Shown: piece by piece, positions 10,200-19,162 of the stretch | Position numbering within the stretch: position 1 is the stretch's first letter | How the letters are laid out: each line of letters begins with the position of its first letter | Assembly (NCBI GenBank): GCA_020633465.1 | Contig: JACKDN010000004.1 | Location: 307,828 to 371,827, forward strand | Direction: 5' to 3' | DNA length: 64,000 nucleotides | From: Myxococcales bacterium | GTDB lineage: Bacteria; Myxococcota_A; Bradymonadia; UBA7976; UBA1532 | The notes under the pieces: model-generated | What the model was told of the DNA's origin: nothing | What the model saw: only the letters and a program-made list of their open reading frames with translations | The model's database searches: none | Position numbers and translations under genes: made by a program

Positions 10200-11768
10200 T
10201 CAGCCCGCCGCCGGCGCCTCGGCGATGCGCACCAACAAGGCCTGCAGCCAGCGCGCGTGGTCGACCATCCACTGCAGGCTGGTCAGCTCCTTCTCGCTCT
10301 CCGGCGCGAAGTAGCCGGTGCCCAGGTTCGCCACGCCGACGCCCGCGTCGAGGAAGGGATCGATGCCCGTGCCGCCGCGGATGGGCAGCACCCGGGCCGC
10401 GTGGCCGACGTCGCGCGCGGCCGCCGTCGCCCAATCGACCAGCTCGGGCCGATCGGCCAGCGCCGGGCCCATGTTGGCGTACTGATCGACCAGCGCGCAG
10501 GCCACGCCGGGCGGCACCAGCGCGCGCACGTGCTGCTTGCGCGCCTCGAGGCCCTCCGGCTGGAAGTCGCGGATGCGTACGTCCACCTGTACGCCGCCCT
10601 CGACGGGCACCGCGCGGTAGGGGTGGCTGTAGCCGTCCAGCCCGTCGGCGTCCTCGGCCAGCAGGGGGAAGCCCGGCGCCGAGGCGAGGAAGGCGGCGAT
10701 CCAGTCGAGCGCCGCGGCGGCCGCGCCGTCGGCCGCGGGCGCCGCGTCCACCCGAGGTCCCACGTCGAAGTCGGCGCCCCGCGGGCGGTGGGGGCCCACG
10801 GTGGCGCGCACGCAGGCCTCGATGGCGGCGCGCGCCGCCGCGTCCGGCGCGCTCAGCCAGAGGGTGCCGTCGCAGTCCCGCCCGGCGTCGCTCTCGAAGG
10901 ACAGCGCCCGCACCCCCGCGCCGTCCGCCGTCGCCCGCGCCGCGGCCAGCACCTCGCAGGCCAGGCGCGTCGCGGCGCGGTGACCCTCGGCCTTGGCGGT
11001 CGCCCCGTGCGTGTTGACCCCGCACAGGCGCACCCGCACCGCCCCCCCGCCCGCCTCGATCGGCGCCGACGGGAAGGTGAGCGAGGCGTGGGCGGCGTTG
11101 AAGTTCGAGACGTTCACCTCGAAGGGCAGGATGCCGTCGACCGTGTAGCCCGAGCGCACGCCGCGCTCGGCCAGCATCTTCGCCAGCCCGTACAGCGCGT
11201 CGGGCCGCCCGATCTCCTCGTCCGGCCGGCCGATGAGCAGGGTCGGCGGCCGCGGGCGGTCGGGCTCGGCCTCGAACAGCCGGGCGAGGGTCATCAGGTG
11301 GGTCAGCCCCAGCTTGTCGTCGAGGCCGAAGGGCGCGTCCCCCGGGCCGAACACCAGATCGTGCCCCGCGAAGGCGGTCAGATCGGGGTAGGTCTCGACG
11401 CCCACGCGCAGCCGGTCGTTGCGGCGATAGGGCACCGGCGCGCCGTCCCAGGCCTCGGCGACGTCGAGCGTGGGCACCGCGGCCGTGCCGGGGGCCGTGT
11501 CGAGGTGCACCATCAGCGCCACGGGGGGACGCTCCGCCCCCGGGCCCACGCCGGGGAAGCTGGCCACGACGTTGGCGTGCGCGTCGCGGAAGACCTCGGC
11601 GCCGCGCGCCTCGAAGAAGCGCGCGAGGTGATCGGCCAGGGCCGTCTGACCCGGCGTGCTGGGCACCGTGGGCGACGCCTCGTCGCTGGCGCTGTCGATG
11701 GCGACCACCTGCCGAAGATGATCGAGGGCCAGCTTGGCCAGGGCGTCGAAGTCGTCGAGTCGGGACAC
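10200..11768 (-). CDS. pepT: Peptidase T-like tripeptide aminopeptidase (M20B family)
   Basis: The protein aligns along its length with E. coli PepT: MVHLDTAPG, DDKLG, RLCGVNTHGATAKAEG, IRDFQPEGLEARKQ and IRGGTGIDPF...NLGTGYFAPESEKE. The GTG start has AGGAGG 5 nt upstream. The longer track ORF is an upstream artefact. Confidence 0.7.
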   Translation of the reverse strand: MSRLDDFDALAKLALDHLRQVVAIDSASDEASPTVPSTPGQTALADHLARFFEARGAEVFRDAHANVVASFPGVGPGAERPPVALMVHLDTAPGTAAVPTLDVAEAWDGAPVPYRRNDRLRVGVETYPDLTAFAGHDLVFGPGDAPFGLDDKLGLTHLMTLARLFEAEPDRPRPPTLLIGRPDEEIGRPDALYGLAKMLAERGVRSGYTVDGILPFEVNVSNFNAAHASLTFPSAPIEAGGGAVRVRLCGVNTHGATAKAEGHRAATRLACEVLAAARATADGAGVRALSFESDAGRDCDGTLWLSAPDAAARAAIEACVRATVGPHRPRGADFDVGPRVDAAPAADGAAAAALDWIAAFLASAPGFPLLAEDADGLDGYSHPYRAVPVEGGVQVDVRIRDFQPEGLEARKQHVRALVPPGVACALVDQYANMGPALADRPELVDWATAAARDVGHAARVLPIRGGTGIDPFLDAGVGVANLGTGYFAPESEKELTSLQWMVDHARWLQALLVRIAEAPAAG

Positions 11769-11842
11769 GGGCACCTCCTGCGGGGGGTACGCAGGATACC
11801 AGTCACCGGCCCGACGGGAAGCCCCCGAGGGCGATGAGCCGA

Positions 11843-13927
11843 TCAGGGCGCCGGGCAGCGCCCGACGTCCACCTCCAGATGCTCGAGCCCGGTCTGCAGC
11901 CCCGGCACCAGCACCAGGTGCAGGCGGTCGCCGACGGCGGCGGCCCCGACGTCCTCGAGCTGGAACTGCACGTGCACCTCCTGCGGCAGCTCGAGCACGC
12001 GCGTCCGGCCGTGCGCCGCGCCGTCGGCGCCGAACAGCAGGACGTCCACCCAGGTGAACAGAAAGTCGTCGGAGGTGTGCGTCACCACCACCGCGAAGCC
12101 GCTGGCCGTCGCGGTGGCCCGCACGCGCGCCGGCAGCTCGACGTCGTCGAAGCGATGTGCGACGCGCCGCTCGCCGGTGATCGCGTCGAACAGCTGCACC
12201 CCCAGGCCGTGGCGCCGCGCGACCCCGGCCACCAGGAAGCCGCCGTGCCCCGCCGTGATGGCCGCCGCCTCGACCGTGTCGCTGCCGATCGCGTCGGCCA
12301 GCACGTCGGCGCCCTCGTCGGGCACGTCGCGGCTGAGCAGCACGTCCACCAGCGCGAAGTCGAGCGCGTCCTGGTTGTCCGGGTTCTCGCCCGCGATCGT
12401 CACCAGCCCCACCCGGGCGCCGTCCGACGCCAGCGCCGCCTCGCGCGTCTGCGGGGGATCGTGTCGCCGCTCGCCGTCGGCGGCGAGGTCGTCGTGAAAG
12501 CCCAGTAGATCCAAACCGTTGGTGCCGCGCGGGACGGCCAGCACCCAGCCGGCGCCGCGCGCCGCGATGCCCACCTGCAGGCCGACGCTGCGCGCGTAGG
12601 CCCGGTCGTGCGCCATCACGCCCTCGAGGTCGCCGCCGTCCGCCTCGAAGCTGTAGAGCCACGGGAACTCGGTGTACTGCACGCCGCCGATGGTGCCGCG
12701 CACCTCCCCCTGACCGCAGGCGAGGCCCACCCGCCCCATCGGCCCCACCGCCAGGTGCGGCCGCGCGCAGGCGCCGACGTCGACGTCGACGCCCGGCGTC
12801 CCGTCCGCCGCGATCGGCAGATAGTGCACGCGTTGGCCGGTGTAGTACGTGACGTTGCCGCTTCGGACGCCGTCGGCCGGGTGCAGGTCGTAGGCGACGC
12901 CCAGCCGCCCGTCGGCGAACGCCGCCACGTCCACGGCGCGGAAGCGGCGATCGTCCGGGCGCACCACCCCCAGATCCCGGCGCTGCCCCACGACCTCGGG
13001 CACCGGCACCGCGTCGGCCCCGCTGCAGTCCTGGTCCACGCCGTCCCCACACACCTCGTCGACCCCCGGGCTGCGCCCGCGATCATCGTCGTCGCAGTCG
13101 CCGCCGCGGGCGACGTAGCCGGGGATCGGCGCGCACGACAGCCGCAGCGTGGCGTCATCGCCGAAGCCGTCGCCGTCGCGGTCGAGGTACAGCTCGAGCG
13201 GCGCCGGGCAGGGCGGCGCGGCGTCCTCGCGGGGCCCCGCGTCGGGCTCGGGCGGCGCGGCGTCCTCGCGGGGCCCCGCGTCGGCCGGGCCGCCCCCGTC
13301 CTCCCGGGGCGGCTCGGCGTCGACCGCCGGCTGGCAGGCATCGCCCACACCGTCGCCGTCGCGGTCGCGCTGCGCGGGGTCGAACACGTCGGGGCAGACG
13401 TCGCAGGCGTCCCCGACCCCGTCCGCGTCGCCGTCGGCCTGCCCGTTGTTGGCCTTGCCCGGGCAGTTGTCGTCGCCGTCGGGCACACCGTCGTCGTCAC
13501 GATCGCCGACCGGGCCCGGGCCCGACGCGTCGGGGCGGCCGCCATCCGCCGGGCCGCCGTCCGGCGCGGGTCCAGCGTCCGCCCCCGGCGCGCCGCCGTC
13601 CACCGCGGCGGCCGGCACGCACCGCAGCGTCGCGCCCGTCTGCACGCAGCGATCCTCGCCGCACAGCCACGCGCCGAGGCAGTCGCACGTCGGATCGTCC
13701 ACGCAGGTGTCCGGGGGGGCCACGCACACCTGCCCGTGGGTGGCGCGGTTGCAGCTCAGCTTCTCGCCGCAGCGGGGATCACCCAGCGTGCAGTCGAGGA
13801 AGCCCGTCTCCCGCACGCCGCTCTGCCCGCCGCCGCCGCTCTCGAAGCAGCCCCCCAGCCCGACGAGGGCCCCGAGCAGGCAGCCCACGCGCGCGCCGCG
13901 TCGGACCTCGATCCACCGGCCGTTCAT
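11843..13927 (-). CDS. Lipoprotein with thrombospondin type-3 (DxDxDG) repeats and a MopE-like Cys motif
   Basis: MNGRWIEV...LLGALVGLGGC is a signal peptide with a lipobox. Repeats include DRDDDGVPDGDDNCPGKANNGQADGDADGVGDACD and DRDGDGFGDD...CGDGVDQDC. GGAGGA lies 6 nt upstream of the ATG. The ATG overlaps the stop of the upstream gene (ATGA). Confidence 0.65.
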   Translation of the reverse strand: MNGRWIEVRRGARVGCLLGALVGLGGCFESGGGGQSGVRETGFLDCTLGDPRCGEKLSCNRATHGQVCVAPPDTCVDDPTCDCLGAWLCGEDRCVQTGATLRCVPAAAVDGGAPGADAGPAPDGGPADGGRPDASGPGPVGDRDDDGVPDGDDNCPGKANNGQADGDADGVGDACDVCPDVFDPAQRDRDGDGVGDACQPAVDAEPPREDGGGPADAGPREDAAPPEPDAGPREDAAPPCPAPLELYLDRDGDGFGDDATLRLSCAPIPGYVARGGDCDDDDRGRSPGVDEVCGDGVDQDCSGADAVPVPEVVGQRRDLGVVRPDDRRFRAVDVAAFADGRLGVAYDLHPADGVRSGNVTYYTGQRVHYLPIAADGTPGVDVDVGACARPHLAVGPMGRVGLACGQGEVRGTIGGVQYTEFPWLYSFEADGGDLEGVMAHDRAYARSVGLQVGIAARGAGWVLAVPRGTNGLDLLGFHDDLAADGERRHDPPQTREAALASDGARVGLVTIAGENPDNQDALDFALVDVLLSRDVPDEGADVLADAIGSDTVEAAAITAGHGGFLVAGVARRHGLGVQLFDAITGERRVAHRFDDVELPARVRATATASGFAVVVTHTSDDFLFTWVDVLLFGADGAAHGRTRVLELPQEVHVQFQLEDVGAAAVGDRLHLVLVPGLQTGLEHLEVDVGRCPAP

Positions 13928-14694
13928 CCCTCGTCCTCCCCCACCGGCGCCAGCGCCAGCGTCACCGCGAACGCGCGGTCCCCGCCGTGCTCCTGCGCCC
14001 GGTCGTCCACGTCTCCGCAGGCCGCGCGCAGCGCGCGCACCAGCGTGTCGGCCATCGCGGCCACGTCCTCGTCGCGCCCCTGAAAGCTGAGCGTGCGGCC
14101 CAGCGCGGGCCCGTCGTCGCCCAGCAGGCGGCAACGCAAGGTCTCGAACATCACGTCCAGCTGGTGGTTCACGCCGTCCACCCGGGCGTCCAGATCGGAT
14201 CGCATCAGGTTGCGATAGGCGGGATCCAGCCGATATCGGGCCGCCTCGCCGGGCGCCGCCTCGCGCTGCGCGCGGCCGCCCGCGACGAGCGCCTCGAGCA
14301 AGCGCTCGGCCTCGCCCGCGTCCACCTTCACCGCCTCGGCCACCGCCGCCGCGGTCGCGTGCCCGGCGCGCAGGGCGTCCTCGACGCGCCGCCGCTGCGC
14401 CAGCTCGCGCTCGGGCGCGAAGAAGTCTGCCCGGTAGGCGCGCTCCAGGTTGCCGATGGTGCGCAGCGACAGGCCGAAGGTGCGCGACAGATCGGCGTGG
14501 CTCAGGCCCCCGCGCCGCCGGTACTCCTCGAAGCAGGCCAGCCGGCACAGGTGTTCGAAGTCCTTCAGCGGCAGGCGAAAGCGCCGCGCCAGGCGCACCG
14601 CCGGCTTCAGCAGCGAGAACACCAGCCGGCGCTGGAACTCCACGGTCGAGACGGACTCGTCGGCCACCACACCTCTCCGGTACGCGGGCACCAT
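13924..14694 (-). CDS. Putative HTH-containing regulator of an uncharacterised family, translationally coupled to the downstream lipoprotein
   Basis: The segment GGLSHADLSRTFGLSLRTIGNLER looks like a helix-turn-helix. The stop codon overlaps the start of the lipoprotein gene at 13927 (ATGA). It is divergent from the ECF sigma gene across an AT-richer promoter region. Confidence 0.45.
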   Translation of the reverse strand: MVPAYRRGVVADESVSTVEFQRRLVFSLLKPAVRLARRFRLPLKDFEHLCRLACFEEYRRRGGLSHADLSRTFGLSLRTIGNLERAYRADFFAPERELAQRRRVEDALRAGHATAAAVAEAVKVDAGEAERLLEALVAGGRAQREAAPGEAARYRLDPAYRNLMRSDLDARVDGVNHQLDVMFETLRCRLLGDDGPALGRTLSFQGRDEDVAAMADTLVRALRAACGDVDDRAQEHGGDRAFAVTLALAPVGEDEG

Positions 14695-14782
14695 CGAGCA
14701 TTTGGATTCCGCATACAAGCACATTTTTGCTTGTCGGCTTCATCGGACATGGCGACCCGCGCCGACCGCCCGAATTTTCTCG

Positions 14783-14809
14783 GGAACCGATGGACCCGGC
14801 GCTGCGTGC
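14783..14809 (+). promoter_or_regulatory. Candidate autoregulated ECF-type promoter (GGAAC-N17-CGTGC) upstream of the ECF sigma gene
   Basis: The sequence cgGGAACcgatggacccggcgctgCGTGCaacgc ends 18 nt before the ATG at 14827 and resembles ECF -35/-10 elements. The surrounding intergenic region is AT-richer than flanking DNA. Confidence 0.3.
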
Positions 14810-14826
14810 AACGCACCGTGCTCGCG

Positions 14827-15417
14827 ATGAAGACCCCCGCCCCACGCCTGACCGCGGCGCCCGCCGAGCTGGACGCGCTGACCGTCGCCCGCGCGCGCCG
14901 CGGTGACGACGCGGCCTGCCGCGCCCTGGTGCTGTGCTATCAGCGGCGGGTCTTCGCGCTGCTCGGCCGCCTGCTGGGGCCGGCCGGCCTCGAGCACGCC
15001 GTCGAGGATCTGGCCCAGGAGACCTTCCTGCGCGTCTTCCGCGCCCTGCCCGACTTCCGCGACGAGGGGCCCGCCCGCCTGTCGACGTGGATCCTCACCA
15101 TCGCCAGCCGCCTCGCGATCGACCGCCTGCGGCGCGGCGGCCGAGCGACCGTCCCCCTCGACCACCCCACCGCCCGCGCGCTGCCGGCCCGGGGCAGCGC
15201 CGACGCGGCGGCCGTCGGCCGAGCCCTCGTCGCCGCCATCGCCGACCTGCCCCCCGAGTTCCGCGTGGTGTTCGAGCTCAGCGTCGGGCAGGAGCTCGAC
15301 CACGCCGAGATCGCCGCCGCGCTCGACCTGCCGGCCGGCACGGTCAAGTCCCGACTCTCGCGCGCTCGCGCTCGCCTGCGCGCGGCCCTGACCGGGAGGT
15401 CCGCCGATGTCCGATGA
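14827..15417 (+). CDS. ECF (sigma-70 family, group IV) RNA polymerase sigma factor
   Basis: Region 2 (LAQETFLRVFRALPDF...LSTWILTIASRLAIDRLRR) and region 4 (LPPEFRVVFELSVGQELDHAEIAAALDLPAGTVKSRLSRARARLR) are present. The 3' end overlaps the next gene. Confidence 0.85.
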   Translation: MKTPAPRLTAAPAELDALTVARARRGDDAACRALVLCYQRRVFALLGRLLGPAGLEHAVEDLAQETFLRVFRALPDFRDEGPARLSTWILTIASRLAIDRLRRGGRATVPLDHPTARALPARGSADAAAVGRALVAAIADLPPEFRVVFELSVGQELDHAEIAAALDLPAGTVKSRLSRARARLRAALTGRSADVR

Positions 15418-16636
15418 GCCTCGGGACGACGACGCCCTCGACGCCGCGTGGCGCGCGCTGCCGACCCGCGAGCCGCCTCCGGACTTCGCCGACCGCGTCC
15501 TCGCCGCGCGGCGCGCGGGCGCCGCGGCGTCTCGCCGTCGCTGGCCGCCCCTCGCCGCCGCGGCGGTCCTCCTGCTCGGCCTCGGCGGCGCCCTGCTGGC
15601 CCTCCGCGACGACCGCGCGCCCGCCGGCGAGCTGCACGCCGACGCCCGGCAGACGATCGCGCTGGGCGCCTTCGGACGCGCCGTCGCCGAGCCCGGCGCC
15701 CACCTGCGCTGGCGCCACGGCGGGGACGGCCTGCGCGTCGACCAGGCGGCGGGCGCCGTCTTCTACCGGGCCGACCGCGGCCCCCTGACCGTGCACACCG
15801 CGGCCGGCGTCGTGACGACCGACGGCGGCTGCCTGACCGTGGAGATCGAGCCGATGAACCGTACGCTGCGCGGCGCCGCGCTGGGCGCCGCGCTGGGCGC
15901 CGCGCTGGTGGTGACCGTCTACGAAGGCGAGGCCGCGCTCGGCGGACCCGCCGGCGAGGTCGTGGTGCCCGCGGGCGAGCGCGGCCGTCTGGAGCGCGAG
16001 GGGGAGGCGCCCCGGCGCGACCTCGCGGCCACCCGCCGGACGCCGCCCGCGCCCCTGCCGCCGCTGATGCCCGAGGGTGAGGCCGGGGACCCCGCCGAGG
16101 CGCCGAGCCCGGCGGCGCCGGCCGAGGCCGCCCCGGAGGACGTCGCGCGGCTGCGCGCCCGCGTCGAGACCCTCGAGGCCGAGCTCGCCGAAGAGCGGGC
16201 GATGCGCCGGGAGACCGAAGGCGACCCCATCCCCATGCCGGCCGATCTGCCGGCCCCGTTCCGAAGCGAGGCGCTGCGGGCGAACATGCAGCGCGCCATC
16301 GACGAGCTGGGGGTGGACGGCGAGGTCACCAGCGTCGACTGCACCGAGTTCCCCTGCATCATCTACGGCGACATCGACCACACCGACGAGGAGGTGTTCG
16401 ACAAGCTGCGCGGCACGACCGCCATGCGGCCGTACACGGACGCCTCGTCCGGCGTGTCGGCCTGGGGTCACGAGCGGCGCACCCCCGAGGGCACCCAGAA
16501 GCGCGCCTTCTTCGGCGTCGCCCTGTACCCCGGCGACCAGGCGCCCGAGGCGCGCACGGCCATCGGTCGGCGCATGCGGTTCCGGAACCAGCAGGCCTTC
16601 GAGGCCATGGCGCCCAAGGCGGAAGATGGCCCTTGA
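15407..16636 (+). CDS. Anti-sigma factor with one transmembrane segment and a FecR-like periplasmic domain
   Basis: It overlaps the sigma gene by 11 nt and has GGGAGG 7 nt upstream. The TM helix is WPPLAAAAVLLLGLGGALLAL. A FecR-like segment GAHLRWRHGGDGLRVDQAAGAVFYR follows, and then a Pro-rich linker. Confidence 0.75.
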   Translation: MSDEPRDDDALDAAWRALPTREPPPDFADRVLAARRAGAAASRRRWPPLAAAAVLLLGLGGALLALRDDRAPAGELHADARQTIALGAFGRAVAEPGAHLRWRHGGDGLRVDQAAGAVFYRADRGPLTVHTAAGVVTTDGGCLTVEIEPMNRTLRGAALGAALGAALVVTVYEGEAALGGPAGEVVVPAGERGRLEREGEAPRRDLAATRRTPPAPLPPLMPEGEAGDPAEAPSPAAPAEAAPEDVARLRARVETLEAELAEERAMRRETEGDPIPMPADLPAPFRSEALRANMQRAIDELGVDGEVTSVDCTEFPCIIYGDIDHTDEEVFDKLRGTTAMRPYTDASSGVSAWGHERRTPEGTQKRAFFGVALYPGDQAPEARTAIGRRMRFRNQQAFEAMAPKAEDGP

Positions 16637-16688
16637 CGCTGCACAGGCGTTCAGCTATTCACTGAACACCTGTCCAGAGGAGGTGTTC

Positions 16689-17093
16689 ATGTCCGCTCCA
16701 TCGCCCATCCCCCCGCGCGTCGAGGCCATCCTGGCCCTCTTCGAGGCCGAGCTGGCGGCGCTGCAGTTCCCCGATCTGGATCGGGACAGCCTGGCCGAGC
16801 ACGCCGAGGCCGTCCGCGCGCAGGCGGCCGAGGTGGAGGAGGCGCGGGCGCTGCTCGAGGCCGCGCGCGCCACCCTCGAGGCGCGGCGGGCCGAGCTCAC
16901 CGCGCACGCCCGGAAGGGGCTGGCCTACGCTCGGGTGTTCGCGCGAGACGAGCCCGCCCTGCTGCAGCGCCTCGACGCGATCACGCTCGACGACGGTGAG
17001 GAGAAGAAGCCGAAGCGGCGGCGGCGCACGCGCAAGGCCAACGAGGCCAAGCCCGACAACGTGGCAGAGCTGCCTCTGCGCGCCGCGGGCTGA
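16689..17093 (+). CDS. Hypothetical small helical protein with a Lys/Arg-rich C-terminus
   Basis: An ATG has GGAGG upstream. The predicted protein is coiled-coil-like (EAELAALQ..., EEARALLEAARATLEARRAEL) with a tail KKPKRRRRTRKANEAKP. It lies downstream of the anti-sigma gene. Confidence 0.45.
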   Translation: MSAPSPIPPRVEAILALFEAELAALQFPDLDRDSLAEHAEAVRAQAAEVEEARALLEAARATLEARRAELTAHARKGLAYARVFARDEPALLQRLDAITLDDGEEKKPKRRRRTRKANEAKPDNVAELPLRAAG

Positions 17094-17102
17094 GTCCGCG
17101 CG

Positions 17103-17600
17103 TCAGGGCGCCGCGTCGGGGGGCGCCGGTCGGAGGCCGCCGTCGGGCGGCGCGGCGAGGGTGCCCGTGACGCGTCCGGCGCAGGCCGCGGGCGGCGCGC
17201 ACAGCATGAAGCGCGGATCACCCGCGCCCTGGGTGTCGAGGCAGCACCAGCCGGCGGGGCAGTCGGTGCCGTAACGACAGCGGCGCGTGCAGATCCCCGC
17301 GTCCAGCGCGCGGTCGGTGAAGCACAGGGGGGCGGACGGATCGCAGCGCTCGCAGGGCGCGCCCGGCCCGCCGTCGGGCCGCCCGGCCGGGCTCGGCGCG
17401 GCCGCATCGGGCGGATCGATCGGCGCGCCCACGTCGGCCGAGTCGGTCGGCGTGGTGATCGCACGGGGGCCCGGACCGGCGGACAGCTCGCCGTCGCCTT
17501 GGGGCAGCTCGGCGCCGCCGTCGCGGTCGGATCCGCCGGGCGAGACCCACACCAGGGCGACGGTGAGCGCCGCGACGACGAGGGTCGCGGTGGCGATCAT
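17103..17600 (-). CDS. Hypothetical membrane-anchored or secreted Cys-rich protein
   Basis: MIATATLVVAALTVALVWV is a TM or signal segment. A Pro/Asp-rich stretch follows, then a Cys-rich C-terminus CERCDPSAPLCF...CTRRCRYGTDCPAGWCC. Confidence 0.5.
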   Translation of the reverse strand: MIATATLVVAALTVALVWVSPGGSDRDGGAELPQGDGELSAGPGPRAITTPTDSADVGAPIDPPDAAAPSPAGRPDGGPGAPCERCDPSAPLCFTDRALDAGICTRRCRYGTDCPAGWCCLDTQGAGDPRFMLCAPPAACAGRVTGTLAAPPDGGLRPAPPDAAP

Positions 17601-17686
17601 GCGTCTCTGGCGGGCGGGGCTGTCCACGCGGCACCTCGGTGGGTCTCGGGTTGTCGGCCCGGTGGGCGCTCGGGCACCATCGCGCG

Positions 17687-18668
17687 ATGCGCGTCGCGGT
17701 CTCCATCGCCCTGGCCCTGCTCGGGTGTCAAGCCTCGCGGGGGTCCGGTGAGGATGCGTCGGGGCCGCCGACGGTCGCCGACGCCGCGGCGCCGACGGCC
17801 CCCCGCGGTCACCGCCGCGATGCGTCGACCGGGGCAGCGCCGACGGGCACCCGAGGCCACGACGCGTCGGCCGCCGCGGCGCCGACGCCCACGCTGGGCC
17901 GCGCCGGCGGCCGGCGACGTCTCACGGCCCGCACCTGGTCTTGCGCCGGCGGCCGGCGACCCCTTACCGCCCGCACTGGGCCGCGCGCCTGCGGCCGGCG
18001 ACGTCCCACCGCCGGGCGCGTGGCGGGCGCTGCCGCTGCTGCCGGACGCCGCCAGCGAGCCGGATGGGGGCGGCGGGCCGTCGCTGGGCGCGGCGTGGCG
18101 CGCGGTGCGGGCCGGGCCGGGGCGCGGGGCGTTGCGGCCGCTGCAGGCCGAGATGGCGCTCGAGGTCGAGACCCGCGGCGCGGCGGCCACACCGCTGACC
18201 GTCGTGGGCGTCCGCACCGCGCGCCCGCTGGATCTGGCCGCCGTGCGCTGGACGCTGGACTGGAACGCCCAGGCCAACGGCGCCTACCTGAAGGCCTCGC
18301 TGTACCTGGCGCCCGCCGCGACCGAGGGCGATCCCGAGGGGCTGCCCGACTTCGTCCGCGTGCAGCACGTCGGCGTGCCCCCGGGGGATCGGTGGCGGCA
18401 CGAGCTCGCCGCCCGCGAGGCCGGCCGCCTGCGCTTCCTCGACCGGGCCGGGTGGCCCGCCGACCGGCGCGGACGCGCCCCGGGGCGGGTGCGGGCGCAG
18501 CTGGCCCGCGAAGGCGGGCGCCTGGTGTACCGGGAGGGCGACGCCATCCGGGCGACGGTCGACGCGCCCGACTGGCCCCGGGTGTACGTCTACCTCACGC
18601 TGGCGAGCCACTCGAACTATCCTGCGCGCTCGATCCGCGTGGGCGCGGTGGAGGTGCGCACCCGATGA
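17687..18668 (+). CDS. Lipoprotein with a Pro/Ala-rich repeat linker; the reading frame appears broken near 17900 inside 36-bp tandem repeats
   Basis: The lipoprotein signal MRVAVSIALALLGC is in one frame. A conserved-looking C-terminal domain (...VRWTLDWNAQANGAYLKASLY...VYVYLTLASHSNYP) is in another frame ending at 18668. The switch lies within three imperfect 36-41 bp repeats; copy 1 lacks 2 nt relative to copy 3. Confidence 0.4.
17894..18020. repeat. Three imperfect tandem repeats of about 36-41 bp encoding the motif (L)GRAPAAGDVxxP
   Basis: The copies are ctgggccgcgccggcggccggcgacgtctcacggcccgcac, ctggtcttgcgccggcggccggcgaccccttaccgcccgcac and ctgggccgcgcgcctgcggccggcgacgtcccaccgccgg. 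Confidence 0.6.
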
Positions 18669-19162
18669 GGCCCCTCGAAGGCACCCCCTTCAGCTGGCAG
18701 GCGCAGGACGACCACGTGATCATCGAGCGGCGCCCGCCGCCTTGGGCCGCGCCGCTGTTCTGGGCCCTGCTGACGGGCTACGCGGTGATGGCGGCGTGGG
18801 GGCTGTGGGGCGCCAGCCGCCCGGGCGGCGGACGCCAGGACGACGTCCTCGGCGTGGCGGCGCTCTTCGGTCTGTGCACCTTCGTCGCGGTGGCCATGGC
18901 CTGGCTGCGGGGCTATCCGCGGCGGCTGGTGGTGCGCAACGACGTGGTCGAGGTGCACCCCCGGCTGGGTGCCCACCGCGAGGAGCCCCTGGTCGAGCCG
19001 CACGTCAAGCTGGCCATCGACGAGCACGATCACCACACCGACGTGGCGGTGGAGCTGACGACCGGCGGCGGCACCGCGCGCCCGCTGGTGCACGGGCGCG
19101 ACGTGGATGTGGCCGACTTCCGCGCCCTGGCCGCCGCGCTGCGCGGCGTCGTCGGCCGGTGA
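18665..19162 (+). CDS. Small membrane protein (two predicted TM helices), translationally coupled to the upstream gene
   Basis: The ATG overlaps the upstream stop (ATGA). Hydrophobic stretches are WAAPLFWALLTGYAVMAAWGLW and VAALFGLCTFVAVAMAWL. Confidence 0.5.
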   Translation: MRPLEGTPFSWQAQDDHVIIERRPPPWAAPLFWALLTGYAVMAAWGLWGASRPGGGRQDDVLGVAALFGLCTFVAVAMAWLRGYPRRLVVRNDVVEVHPRLGAHREEPLVEPHVKLAIDEHDHHTDVAVELTTGGGTARPLVHGRDVDVADFRALAAALRGVVGR

